Positions 1-9,003 of a stretch of DNA of 64,000 nt are shown piece after piece. Origin of the DNA: a virus; the IMG/VR virus record IMGVR_UViG_3300022723_000094, positions 540-64,539 of that record, one strand, 5' to 3'. Position 1 is the first letter of the stretch. Every line of letters begins with the position of its first letter. The notes below the pieces were generated by a model. That model did no database searches, had not been told where the DNA came from, and was given only the letters and a program-made list of their open reading frames with translations. A program made the translations under genes and the position numbers.

Positions 1-1504
1 CGGCGGTGTCGGCCGAGCCGATAAGACTGGTCGTCATGCCGCCCACGCGGAACGTAGCGATGTCGGAGATCGACCCGCCGCCCAGGGCGTCGAGCGAGAT
101 GGAGTTGACGACCCACGCCGACACGTCGGACATGGCGAGGCCGTTGATGTCAAGGTTGCCTGCCTGCGTGAGCAGGAAGTCAGCCCAGCCGCCAGCGACG
201 GCCACCGTGCGCGCGGGCGCGACGAAGAGGCCAACCTGATTGCCGATGGCTCCCGACTGCCCGAAGGTGAAGCGGTCGAACGCGAAGTTGACTTCGCTGT
301 AGGCGGTCTCGCTTACGCCGAAGTCGTTGGCTTCGATGAGGAAGCGGTTGGCCGACGGACTGGACCACTGGAGGAAGTCCGACGTGCTCCAGAAGAACAT
401 CTCGAAGAAGCCCGTTGCGTTCCAGAAGAGCGAGCAGTCAGCGCCGCCGAGCGTGCCCCCGAACTGGATCGCCGTCGTGTCGTTGAAGTGTGCCGTACCG
501 CTTCCGAACTCAGACGAAGCCCCGCCGTCGTTCTTGAGGAAGTAGTTGATGGCGCTGGCAACGAGTGACGAGTGGACGACCGCGCGCTCGCCGGTCGTGG
601 CGAGGGTGATGTTGTCGTAGTCGATGCCGTAATAGTTCGTGCAACGCTCGGTGCCCGCGGAGCCCCCGAAGAGAACAGCCTGCGGGTTGAGCACCTTGAC
701 GGCTGCGGCGTTGCCCGCGTCGATGATGGCCGTGGCATTGTTCGTGTTCCAAAGCATCTGGAACGTCATGCCGTAGGTGTTGACCATCGTCAGGTTGTCG
801 CCAGCCTGGCGTGCGCGCAGAATGGGCGAGGCCGACAGGCCGCGGTAGCCGTTGCACGTCACCGCTCCAGCGCCGAACGACTCGAACGTCGGCTGCGCGG
901 CGTAGATGAAGGACTGTGCTGGGGCGACCCCGGGCGTGGTGGTGAAGTACCGTGCCTGGGCAAGCAGCAGCGTGGAGGCAGCGAAGCCAGGGGCGACCGT
1001 GTACTCGATCGCCGACAGGTCGCGGATGGCGGCCAAGATGAAGAAGCTGCTGTCCACCGTGATGGTGTTCTGCACGAGGAACATCGTGTTGAGGCCAGCA
1101 CCCGACGAGGGGATCGTCTGCGCCCAAGTGAACGCGCTGGATCCGATGTCGGTTGTCCAGTCGTAGTCCAGCGTGACCTGCCCCTCCAACGCGAGCGTGC
1201 CGCGGTTGGCAGCGCTCGAACCCGCCAGGGTCAGCGTTTCGGAAGCGGCCGTGCCTCCGACTGCCGACTGTCCGCCCGCGCGCCCGGCGAGCAGGAGGTA
1301 CTGTAGATGATCATCGTCCGCCAGGCCGGTCAGGGCACCGTGATCGGTGACCCCTCCGCCCCCGGGCGTGAAGAACTCCAGCCCCGTCTCCCCGGGGTTG
1401 ACGCGGACGGACTCCCCCGCCTGGCCGGTGTAGTCAGCCGGGGTGTCTACCAGATCGAGGAACGAGTCGCAACCCGCTCCGAATGCTCCACCTACTCCGC
1501 TCAT
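1..1504 (-). CDS. Fibre/adhesin-like virion protein, partial (runs off the left end; absent from the ORF track)
   Basis: Translated by hand: the ATG at 1504 overlaps the upstream stop (ATGA) and the frame stays open to position 2 (>=501 aa). The N-terminus carries FLDLVDTPADYTGQAGESVRVNPGETGLEF and DHGALTGLADDDHLQY, motifs typical of phage fibre proteins. The rest is beta-rich and Gly/Thr/Ser-rich. Confidence 0.7.
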   Translation of the reverse strand, partial: MSGVGGAFGAGCDSFLDLVDTPADYTGQAGESVRVNPGETGLEFFTPGGGGVTDHGALTGLADDDHLQYLLLAGRAGGQSAVGGTAASETLTLAGSSAANRGTLALEGQVTLDYDWTTDIGSSAFTWAQTIPSSGAGLNTMFLVQNTITVDSSFFILAAIRDLSAIEYTVAPGFAASTLLLAQARYFTTTPGVAPAQSFIYAAQPTFESFGAGAVTCNGYRGLSASPILRARQAGDNLTMVNTYGMTFQMLWNTNNATAIIDAGNAAAVKVLNPQAVLFGGSAGTERCTNYYGIDYDNITLATTGERAVVHSSLVASAINYFLKNDGGASSEFGSGTAHFNDTTAIQFGGTLGGADCSLFWNATGFFEMFFWSTSDFLQWSSPSANRFLIEANDFGVSETAYSEVNFAFDRFTFGQSGAIGNQVGLFVAPARTVAVAGGWADFLLTQAGNLDINGLAMSDVSAWVVNSISLDALGGGSISDIATFRVGGMTTSLIGSADTA

Positions 1505-1890
1505 TTCTCGAACTGCTGGTTGGCTGCCATGACGATGCGCCACTGCGTTGGGCCCACGAGGCCGGTCTGCGTGACACGGACTGCTTCCACGTTGGCTCCG
1601 AAGTTGACGCTCAGCATGGCTGTGGCGTCGATCGTGTTCGTGGGACAGGGGGCCTCGAAGACCTGACCGCTGACGAGGCGGACGGTCACGGTGAAGGTAC
1701 CAGCGCTGGCCGTCGCCGGAGAGCCCCCTCCATCGAGGAGGTGTACGCTGAGGAAGACGTGAGGGTAGTTGACGAAGCTCGGAAGCTCCAGCTCGATGTC
1801 ATCAGCGGTAGCTTCCTGCGCAAGGCCGGACGTTACGATGTAGGGCCGCTTGCGAGTGTTCTGCTCGGTGAAGGACGTGATCGTTGCCAT
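1501..1890 (-). CDS. Hypothetical small virion protein (beta-rich), 129 aa
   Basis: Coupled to the portal stop and the fibre start; position only. Confidence 0.6.
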   Translation of the reverse strand: MATITSFTEQNTRKRPYIVTSGLAQEATADDIELELPSFVNYPHVFLSVHLLDGGGSPATASAGTFTVTVRLVSGQVFEAPCPTNTIDATAMLSVNFGANVEAVRVTQTGLVGPTQWRIVMAANQQFEK

Positions 1891-3371
1891 CAGTCATCAT
1901 CCTCTTCGTCCTCATCATCCTCAGGATCGGGGACTTCCTCCTCTTCCTCGCCAGGAGGCGGAGCGACCGCCCCGAAGGGGAGGCCGGGCACGTGGCCCTG
2001 GAGGGCGAGATCCGCTTCGTCGATCTCCGGGGCGTCCGGGAGGCCGAGCTGAGCGCGGATGACATTCGTGGCTTCGTCCTCGGGCGAGAGGGCCGCGCGC
2101 GCGAGCGCGGCGAGAGCTTCGGTCACCTCGACGATGTCGCGGTACTGGATCTTCTCGATGGAGAACGTGGGCTTTTTCTCTTCGTCCCATCCGTTCAGTG
2201 CGAACAGCGGATCGAGGAAGTCGGCCTCGAACGTCTCCTTGAGCTCCTTGAGGCAGGAGTCCACCAGGAGAGCGAACTGCTGGGTCTTGTCCTTGGACAG
2301 GGCGAAGGAGCCCGCGGAGTCGCTGCCGAGGAGCAGCTGCTCGACGCCCAAGACCCGGGCAAGCTCGCGGTTCAGGCGTTCGATGGCCGCAGCCACCTCC
2401 TCCGCCGTTCCCGGGTCACCCTGCAGGAGCTCGACGTCCCACTGGCGCACCTGGGAGGGAGTGCTGCGCTCGTCGGTCGTCTGGTAGGTCATGCTGTCAA
2501 GAAGCATGCCGAGCTCGGGATTGCGATTGTGCGACTCGATGAAGTCGAGCATGGGCTGCTTGAGAGCATCCGCCTGTGCTCGGGTCAGGGTCTGTGCCTG
2601 AACCATCTGCTCGAGTTGGGTGAAGGGCCCACGGGCAATGGGCACACCCCGAAGATCCGTCTCGAAGCCCCAGGCCTCCAGCAGCTCGTACCGCTGCAGA
2701 GCCTTGGCCGTCTTCACGAGGTGCCGGAACAGGCCCATCCCTTCCGGAGAATCACTCAGGGTGTCGTCGACGAGGTAGATGCACTTGCCCCGGGGCAGGT
2801 ACAGCTCCTTCTGGTCCTGGGGTCGCCGCTGCACCATCCCGAGGATCGTCCCCGAGATGTCGGCGTCCCAGCGTTCGATTGTACATTGGGCACGCGGCTC
2901 GATGTCCAAGTAGCCGACCGTGCCGTCTTCGTTGCGCTTGGCGGTCCACTCCTGGATAGAGAACCCCCACATGCAGTACATGGCCGCACGACGGACCACC
3001 CTGTGGAAGGGGGTCGTCATGTCGTTCATGATCTTTTCCACCTTCTCCGCCAGCTCCTCGCCACCCTCTGCGGGGTCGACGGACCACTGCGCCTTGGCCA
3101 CCAGGTTCGCGAAGTAGCGGACCCCGGCAGCCACGATACTGACGTTGGCCAGCATCTCGCTGTACGTGATGTACCGCTGCTGTCCGGTGAGGTCGGCGTC
3201 CGTCTCCTTGCTCAGGATGTACCCGCCATAGATGGCGGTGCCAGGAGCGCCGACGACGCTGAAGGGACTGGGGTTCGCGGGCTCAGAGCCTCGCACCGAG
3301 GGGTCGAGAGGAGCGGCCTTCTGCACGCGGCGGGCCTTCGCTCTCTTCCTTCGCTCGTTCCTACTGCTCAT
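1890..3371 (-). CDS. Portal protein (DUF935 / Mu gp29-like)
   Basis: 493 aa directly after TerL. Motifs include GAPGTAIYGGYI, LFRHLVK...E..G.E.DL.G.P, and ARVLGVEQLLLGSDSAGSFALSKDKT. Acidic tail. Confidence 0.88.
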   Translation of the reverse strand: MSSRNERRKRAKARRVQKAAPLDPSVRGSEPANPSPFSVVGAPGTAIYGGYILSKETDADLTGQQRYITYSEMLANVSIVAAGVRYFANLVAKAQWSVDPAEGGEELAEKVEKIMNDMTTPFHRVVRRAAMYCMWGFSIQEWTAKRNEDGTVGYLDIEPRAQCTIERWDADISGTILGMVQRRPQDQKELYLPRGKCIYLVDDTLSDSPEGMGLFRHLVKTAKALQRYELLEAWGFETDLRGVPIARGPFTQLEQMVQAQTLTRAQADALKQPMLDFIESHNRNPELGMLLDSMTYQTTDERSTPSQVRQWDVELLQGDPGTAEEVAAAIERLNRELARVLGVEQLLLGSDSAGSFALSKDKTQQFALLVDSCLKELKETFEADFLDPLFALNGWDEEKKPTFSIEKIQYRDIVEVTEALAALARAALSPEDEATNVIRAQLGLPDAPEIDEADLALQGHVPGLPFGAVAPPPGEEEEEVPDPEDDEDEEDDD

Positions 3372-3379
3372 TGTTGTGC

Positions 3380-4963
3380 TCAGTACTGGATGGTTCGCCC
3401 TGGAATGAGGGCAAGGGTCTGGCCCTTGTTGGCCAGTATGTAGTCATAGGCTCGGGAGAGCGCATCCACCTGGTCCTTGAACTTGGAGTTCGGGAAAAGG
3501 CACGCCTCTGCAATGAAAACGTCGTTCCAGGGAGCGCGAACGAGGTACACGTTTCCGACTTCCGCTTGAGCGGCGATGGGAATCGCTCGGTTCTCCTTGG
3601 ACCCACTCTCCGGGGAGAAGCGCACGTTGAAGCCATGCAGCTGCCGGGCGAAGGCGTTCACCTGGCTCTTGCCTGCCTGCCCCGGGTCTTGGGGGATGGA
3701 GATGTTGACCGCAGCCCCATCTCGTTGGGCAGCAGAGATGATCATCCGCTCCACGTCGGCTGGGCCCAACCGAGAGCGCTCCACGTCGGCGATGATGAGC
3801 TTGCCCTCGGACGTGAGTCCCAGCTTGACGCCCACCGTGAAGGCGGCCTGGGAATTGTCCTCCGTGGCCGCCAGGTCGTAGCCTCGGCACCACATGATGA
3901 CGTGCTCAGGGACCTCGTCCACGAACTTGAACCAGTCCTTGTTGAACATGCCCCCTCCACGAGGGACGGGACGCTGCTGGAGCTGTGCGGACTCGGCGTA
4001 GGAGCCGCCCTCCGAGCGGAATTGGACCTTGAGCTCCTCGATGGCCTTCCTCGAGAACCGCTCTGGCCACAGCAGATCACCCTCCTCCTCACGAGGGTCT
4101 TGGGGCCAGAGCAGCTCGCCCTCGGGATCCTCCTCGTACTTGGGGAGAGGAGATCCCTCCTCCAAGACTCGTCGCATACGACGAGGCTTGCCGAATGGGG
4201 ACGGGACGTTGCTCCAGGAGCGGTACTTCGCCTCGAACTCCATCGGGAGGCAGACGTGCGTCCATCCCTGCTGCGTGGCGAGCTTGTCGATCACGATGCC
4301 CGAGATGTCCTGCATGTGCAGCCTCTGCATGACGATCACGTAGACCGGGTTCTCTTGGTCGTCGAATCGGGTCGGCGTCGTCTCCGTGAACCACGAGCCT
4401 GCCGTCGTTCGCTCCTGATCTGACTCCGCAGATGCCACAGAATGGGGATCGTCAATAATGAAGCGATGACCTCGACGACCAGTGAGCTTGCTCGTGACCG
4501 AGGCCGCGAATCGAGATCCCTGAGCAGTCGTCGCATAGTATTCCTTCCCGTCGGCGTCCGCCTTGAACTCCAGGGGCCAGTGGCTCTGGTACCACTCGCT
4601 CTTGAGGACCTCCCGAGCACGAGCCATGAGGTCGATGATGAGCCCTTTCTCGTGCGCCGCAGAGATGTACTTGTAGTGGGACAGCCCCTTCGGCCCCCAC
4701 TCCCAGGCAGGCCAGAAGACGTTGACCAGCATGCTCTTGGTACAGCCCGGAGGGACGTTGATCAGGAGACGAGTGACTTCGCCCCTCGTGACCGCCTCCA
4801 GGTGGCGGCACATGGTCTCGATGGCCCATCCGCCCCTGAACTTGGTCCCTGGGTGGATCGTGTGCCAGGCTGCCTTGATGAACTCGTACAGGCTCTCCTC
4901 ACAGCGGATCTCCTCCAGCTGGTGGCGTGCCGCAGCCGGGTCGGCCAGAGCCTTGGTGATCAT
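3380..4963 (-). CDS. terL: Terminase large subunit
   Basis: Walker A LLINVPPGCTKS, Walker B FIIDDPH, VIVMQRLH, nuclease GYDLAAT and KDQVDALSRA. Likely start is the ATG at 4963 after GAGCAGGAG (the track starts at TTG 4981). Confidence 0.95.
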   Translation of the reverse strand: MITKALADPAAARHQLEEIRCEESLYEFIKAAWHTIHPGTKFRGGWAIETMCRHLEAVTRGEVTRLLINVPPGCTKSMLVNVFWPAWEWGPKGLSHYKYISAAHEKGLIIDLMARAREVLKSEWYQSHWPLEFKADADGKEYYATTAQGSRFAASVTSKLTGRRGHRFIIDDPHSVASAESDQERTTAGSWFTETTPTRFDDQENPVYVIVMQRLHMQDISGIVIDKLATQQGWTHVCLPMEFEAKYRSWSNVPSPFGKPRRMRRVLEEGSPLPKYEEDPEGELLWPQDPREEEGDLLWPERFSRKAIEELKVQFRSEGGSYAESAQLQQRPVPRGGGMFNKDWFKFVDEVPEHVIMWCRGYDLAATEDNSQAAFTVGVKLGLTSEGKLIIADVERSRLGPADVERMIISAAQRDGAAVNISIPQDPGQAGKSQVNAFARQLHGFNVRFSPESGSKENRAIPIAAQAEVGNVYLVRAPWNDVFIAEACLFPNSKFKDQVDALSRAYDYILANKGQTLALIPGRTIQY

Positions 4964-4970
4964 CTCCTGC

Positions 4971-5087
4971 TCAGTGCTCAAGGTGCCACTCCACGATGGC
5001 CGTGATCACGATGCCGGCGATCGTCATCACGATCGTCGCAATGAGCCCCAGGAGGAACCACCCGGCCTGCTTGAAGAACTCCTTCAT
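4971..5087 (-). CDS. Small single-TM membrane peptide, 38 aa
   Basis: Translated by hand: MKEFFKQAGWFLLGLIATIVMTIAGIVITAIVEWHLEH; ATGA overlap with the upstream ORF. Confidence 0.55.
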   Translation of the reverse strand: MKEFFKQAGWFLLGLIATIVMTIAGIVITAIVEWHLEH

Positions 5088-5212
5088 GGGGTAGGCTGAG
5101 GGAATCCGTTCTGGTGGCGCCACCAAGCGAGCCAGAGCAGCTCAAAGGGAGTCGGCTCAGGAGGCTCGGCAGGCCAGTTGCGCTCTGCGTAGGTGGGGTG
5201 AGAGAAGCACAT
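5084..5212 (-). CDS. Small hypothetical protein, 42 aa
   Basis: Translated by hand: MCFSHPTYAERNWPAEPPEPTPFELLWLAWWRHQNGFPQPTP; start and stop overlap both neighbours. Confidence 0.45.
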   Translation of the reverse strand: MCFSHPTYAERNWPAEPPEPTPFELLWLAWWRHQNGFPQPTP

Positions 5213-5421
5213 CAGACTCGATCCCCCTCTCCCAGCTCCTTAGAGAGCATGTCCTCGATCTTGGCGTGCATCCGCCGAACAGCGCCCTTCTTCAGGCGAC
5301 TGTCGTAGCGGATGATCGTGAAGGACTCATCCTTCGTGTGGGCACTCACCACCTGCCATCCCGTCTCCAAAAGGCCGAGAGCCGTCCTCAGGAGGTGTAC
5401 GATCTGCTTGCTTGTCATCAC
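5212..5421 (-). CDS. Hypothetical protein, 69 aa
   Basis: ORF track; fits the coupled gene string. Confidence 0.5.
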   Translation of the reverse strand: MMTSKQIVHLLRTALGLLETGWQVVSAHTKDESFTIIRYDSRLKKGAVRRMHAKIEDMLSKELGEGDRV

Positions 5422-5557
5422 GAGGGTTGTCCTGCTGCCAGGCGTTGATGGCGCAGTCCGAAGAGCAGTACTCCAGGCCCTTGTAGGTGGGTACGTCTCG
5501 AAGCTTCTGGATAGGATTGCGGCACAGGGGACATCTCCTATTCGGGCGAATTGCCAT
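5327..5557 (-). CDS. Possible TRASH/YHS-like zinc-binding protein
   Basis: CPLC-x17-YCSSDC pattern; overlaps the 3' end of terS and the 5' end of the next ORF. Confidence 0.4.
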   Translation of the reverse strand: MAIRPNRRCPLCRNPIQKLRDVPTYKGLEYCSSDCAINAWQQDNPRDDKQADRTPPEDGSRPFGDGMAGGECPHEG

Positions 5558-6035
5558 CTTCGGGCTCCAGCAGCTGCTCAAGGAGTGCCCTCTTCTCGGG
5601 ACTCAGCTTGCGAAGGTCCATGCCCGTCTCCAGCTTCCCGGAGACGGCGACCTCGGTCTTGTTGGTCAGGGCCTGGCGTACACGCAGCGACTGGATTCGG
5701 GCGAAGAGCTCGGCCATCTTGTCGCTGTACTTGATCTCGGTCCCGACCTTGCCGGTGCCCTCGTTGTTACCGAGGCTGCCCCAGACCGGAGACTCGTACC
5801 CCTCGATCCCCCGACGACGGATCTCGGCGATCGTGACTTCGTCCGCGATCTCGAGGGCCTTGCTCCAGGCCTCCGCGAACTCGGGGTCACGAGCACGCTC
5901 GTCCTTGAAGGACTGATGGCAGCCGTTCGGGGAGTGGGGACTTGCCTCCCGGGCTGCAACCGTGACGAGGCCGTGCTTGGCGAGGCTCTCAAGGAACGCT
6001 TCCTTGCGAGCGGAGGTCATCTTCATCTTGGTCAT
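5538..6035 (-). CDS. terS: Terminase small subunit
   Basis: RKEAFLESLAKHGLVTVAA...RARDPEFAEAWSKA...E..RRG.EG...PV...VG...KYSD pattern; upstream of terL. Confidence 0.85.
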   Translation of the reverse strand: MTKMKMTSARKEAFLESLAKHGLVTVAAREASPHSPNGCHQSFKDERARDPEFAEAWSKALEIADEVTIAEIRRRGIEGYESPVWGSLGNNEGTGKVGTEIKYSDKMAELFARIQSLRVRQALTNKTEVAVSGKLETGMDLRKLSPEKRALLEQLLEPEDGNSPE

Positions 6036-6165
6036 CGTGCGCGCGTTGGGTTGGCCGGTCTAGGACGGTCTGGCACCCTTCTCCTAGCTCCTCAGGACGA
6101 CCCCTCGCTACCCCTGGGCCCAAACAACCCGCAGTCCGACTGAGTCCCTGAGAATCTCCAGCGCT

Positions 6166-6368
6166 GACTGAACATGGTTCAGTGGAGATTGTCTCCCCTC
6201 ACGTCACCATCAGAGGACGTTTCAGACCTTCACTATACCCCCTATAAAAATAAGGGGGGTATAGTAGTGAGCAAGTGACCGTCTGGTTCCCCGGGTTGGT
6301 GGGCAACTTTCAGTCGGACGCAGTCAGGAGCGCAAGTCCTGTGGGCCCCAGGAGTTAGGACCGCTGAA
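6166..6368. repeat. Palindromic non-coding element, copy A (direct repeat of 47122-47322)
   Basis: Near-identical blocks gactgaac..ttcagtggagattgt..ccctcacgt, gaccttcactatacccccta (20/20), ggggggtatagt..tgagcaagtg and gaccgctgaa at almost constant offset; central hairpin actataccccc/gggggtatagt. Confidence 0.85.
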
Positions 6369-6437
6369 TGAGGTCTAGTCGGACTCAGTTTTCTCAGCGA
6401 GGAGGGATCGACCACGCTGAACCTCTATATTATTCCT

Positions 6438-6989
6438 ATGAAGTTCCTCCTGCCCCTCCTGCTTCTGGCGGCCTGTGCGCCCCAGCCTGGCAAGCAGAGC
6501 CTACTCGTCTGGACTCCCACAGGGACCGGCAGCGCCTGGCCCATCACGGAGACAGAGTTCCTCACGGCCTGGCATGTGGTGGAGGGCAGCGCGTTCGTAA
6601 CGGTCGGCGGAATCATGATCGATGAGATCACCCAGCTGCCCGACATCGACGGCGCACTCCTTCGCGTGGAGGAGGGCCACGGGTTCCGTCCCTGGCCGAT
6701 CGACGAGGATCCCCTCCGGGGAGGTGAGGAGCTGCTACTGACCGGGTGGGGAGGCGGCCTGCATTGGTTCACGCGGGGACTCGCTGCGGGTCCCCGTCGC
6801 GCCAGCATCTCCATCGCTCCTGGAGACAGCGGCGGACCCCTCCTCGACTGGCAAGGAGAGGTCCGCGGCATCGTGGTAGGTCAGGGCTTCAAAGCCCAGC
6901 ACCACACGTGGCTCATCCCGATTGGGGATCTGATGGACGCCATCCGTCTGCAGTCCACTCCCCCGGATCCTCCTCCTTCGAATCGATGA
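6438..6989 (+). CDS. Trypsin-like serine protease lipoprotein
   Basis: Signal peptide with lipobox LAAC; triad motifs LTAWHVV, DGALL and GDSGGP. Confidence 0.85.
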   Translation: MKFLLPLLLLAACAPQPGKQSLLVWTPTGTGSAWPITETEFLTAWHVVEGSAFVTVGGIMIDEITQLPDIDGALLRVEEGHGFRPWPIDEDPLRGGEELLLTGWGGGLHWFTRGLAAGPRRASISIAPGDSGGPLLDWQGEVRGIVVGQGFKAQHHTWLIPIGDLMDAIRLQSTPPDPPPSNR

Positions 6990-7197
6990 GCAGCCCACCA
7001 GGCTGCGCTGGGTCGAACACGATCATTGGCATCTGCTGTCCCTGCAGGTCTATGCCTGCTTCGTGGAACAGCACCAAGGCGATCTGTTCAGCCTCCTCCT
7101 GAGTACGGCCAGTGGTGATCACCACCATCGTGCCGTAACGTACGATCAGGCCGATCACGAGACGTTCTCCCAGGAGGTCACAGACCGAGGAGTCCAT
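6913..7197 (-). CDS. Hypothetical protein, 94 aa
   Basis: Last ORF of the minus-strand string; convergent overlap with the protease. Confidence 0.4.
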   Translation of the reverse strand: MDSSVCDLLGERLVIGLIVRYGTMVVITTGRTQEEAEQIALVLFHEAGIDLQGQQMPMIVFDPAQPGGLLIDSKEEDPGEWTADGWRPSDPQSG

Positions 7198-7574
7198 CGC
7201 GCAGGCTTATGGTCAGGGAGGGGATAGGACTCCTCCACCCGTACCTGTAGGAGGACAGTACGTCCTGTCCTCTTCATCCAACGCCTGGCCGTCTCCTCGT
7301 TCGGCCAGAAGCGAACTGGCGCCAGAATGGCCCCAGTCTGTTCGTATCTCCGCACCTTCTTGAGGGTGGTGACGTGGTAGCCCACGTTCTCGGCGAGCCA
7401 GACCGTAGCCTTCGGCTTGCCGTTGCGATCCCACTCGGCCCCACACTTCTCGCACGAGATGGAGTCGACAACCCGGTACGACTGCCACGACGATCCCTCG
7501 TCGATCAGCTCGATGTACAGGTCGCCACCACACCGCGTGCAGCCAAGCGGGGGCCAAGTAGGGTCATGGGACAT
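7155..7574 (-). CDS. Zn-ribbon plus conserved phage domain, 139 aa
   Basis: Start MSHDPT overlaps the ssb stop. CTRC...CEKC ribbon, then YHVTTLKKVRRYEQTGAILAPVRFW...YPLPDH. Confidence 0.6.
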   Translation of the reverse strand: MSHDPTWPPLGCTRCGGDLYIELIDEGSSWQSYRVVDSISCEKCGAEWDRNGKPKATVWLAENVGYHVTTLKKVRRYEQTGAILAPVRFWPNEETARRWMKRTGRTVLLQVRVEESYPLPDHKPARWTPRSVTSWENVS

Positions 7575-7957
7575 CAGAACGGCGTGTCGTCGTCCGCTCC
7601 AGCAGGGGCCGGAGCAGAGTTGTCTCGACGTTCGCCTCCGGGGACGAACTCGAAGTTGGATGCGATCAGGTAGAGCTTGGATCGCTTGGCGCCATCCTTC
7701 TCCCACTGGTCGAACGCTAGCTCACAGGACGGGAAGACCGCGGGGTCTCCCTTGCTGTGGTAGCGCTGGAATGCCTCGGCACGCTTGCCGAACATCTTGA
7801 CGTCCACGAAGACAGGCTCGTCGACCCACTCCCCGTTCCGCTTGGTGCGGCGGTTCATGGCGAGCCCGATGGTAGCGATGGCGGTGCCACCTTGCGAGTA
7901 GCGGAGGTCGACGTCACGAGTGAGCCGCCCTCCGTAGGTTCCGTTGTTGATGTTCAT
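7574..7957 (-). CDS. ssb: Single-stranded DNA-binding protein (bacterial OB type)
   Basis: GRLTRDVDLRYSQGGTAIATIGLAMN..., acidic C-terminal DDDTPF tip. Confidence 0.93.
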   Translation of the reverse strand: MNINNGTYGGRLTRDVDLRYSQGGTAIATIGLAMNRRTKRNGEWVDEPVFVDVKMFGKRAEAFQRYHSKGDPAVFPSCELAFDQWEKDGAKRSKLYLIASNFEFVPGGERRDNSAPAPAGADDDTPF

Positions 7958-8226
7958 CAGGCAGTGGCGACCATGAGGAGGCCGGTCTGGATGATGCCGA
8001 TGATGCGGTTGTCAGCGGCGCTCGCTGTGAGCGACGCCTCGATACCGAGTTGAAGGGCGACGTTGTCCCGAGAGGCGCGAAGCACCATGTCGAAACCAGG
8101 CTCCTGGGAGGCAGCCGCCAGGCGGGCACCTTCCGAGGCGATGATCTGCTTGGCCTTGCCAGCAGACACCTTGAGTTCTGCGCCCGTCTCTTCGAGGGCG
8201 TCTTTGAGGAGTTCGCCGAGGTCCAT
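7957..8226 (-). CDS. Hypothetical protein, 89 aa, hydrophobic C-terminus
   Basis: ORF track; follows the lipoprotein gene. Confidence 0.6.
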   Translation of the reverse strand: MDLGELLKDALEETGAELKVSAGKAKQIIASEGARLAAASQEPGFDMVLRASRDNVALQLGIEASLTASAADNRIIGIIQTGLLMVATA

Positions 8227-8230
8227 GGTA

Positions 8231-8704
8231 TCAGTACCCCCTTGCCCGCAGCGCGATGGCCGAGGGCGGGTTGGTCGCCCACGAGGAGCGAGTGATGACG
8301 AGCGGGCGATCCGGCACAGTGGCGACCCGACCAGACGGTCGCGTCACCATGGCAACATTGGATCGCATGTACTCGTTGACGGCTGCAGCGAAGTTGGACG
8401 CACGGTCCCGCATGATGGCGGCACCCTGCGGTCCGATCTCCCCCGCTTCCAATCGCAGGTTCACACCTGCGATTGCCTGCATCTCCAGGTCCTGGGTGTC
8501 CAGGGCCAAGAAGTTGCCGGTCTCGACGGCGCTGTCCCAGGCGATCAGCTCGCTCTCGAGCATGCTTCCGGCATACTCGACGTCCGCACGGACACCGGGC
8601 CACGCACTCTGGATGGCGGGCAGGAGCGTCTTGTCGCGCACCTGCGGGGTCAAGCAGCTCGTGGCCGAAACGGCGACGAGCAGCACTGCGATGAGGTTCT
8701 TCAT
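8231..8704 (-). CDS. Lipoprotein (possibly lysis-associated)
   Basis: Signal peptide and lipobox ATSC; coupled to the holin-like gene. Confidence 0.65.
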   Translation of the reverse strand: MKNLIAVLLVAVSATSCLTPQVRDKTLLPAIQSAWPGVRADVEYAGSMLESELIAWDSAVETGNFLALDTQDLEMQAIAGVNLRLEAGEIGPQGAAIMRDRASNFAAAVNEYMRSNVAMVTRPSGRVATVPDRPLVITRSSWATNPPSAIALRARGY

Positions 8705-9003
8705 TGGATGGCGCTCCTTACAGCGTCACGGTTCCGTTCGATGGCTGCCAGGATGGCGGAGTCATCTCCCGGAGGAAGAGTGTTGTTGATGACGAGAGGC
8801 TCCGACGGAGCCCCCTCTTCGATCTGAGCCTTGCTCTTGCCCAGGTCAGCGAAACCCTGCGCACCGATGTAGGTGAGGAACGGGGAGACGATGGCGATCA
8901 GCTCCTCGACCTCAACTTCCGGTACGCCAAGGCGTACGAGAACAGCAGTCACCACGGCCACGAGGGCCACGACGAACTTCTTGCTGTTGAGTAGTTCTTT
9001 CAT
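8701..9003 (-). CDS. Holin-like two-TM membrane protein
   Basis: MKELLNSKKFVVALVAVV... plus a second TM ending YIGAQGFAD, a pattern seen in phage holins. Confidence 0.6.
   Translation of the reverse strand: MKELLNSKKFVVALVAVVTAVLVRLGVPEVEVEELIAIVSPFLTYIGAQGFADLGKSKAQIEEGAPSEPLVINNTLPPGDDSAILAAIERNRDAVRSAIQ

Noticed and set aside
4090-4215. Insertion in TerL as a possible intein or intron
   Set aside because: Only about 40 aa, in frame, with no splice-junction residues; PolA and NrdJ also look uninterrupted
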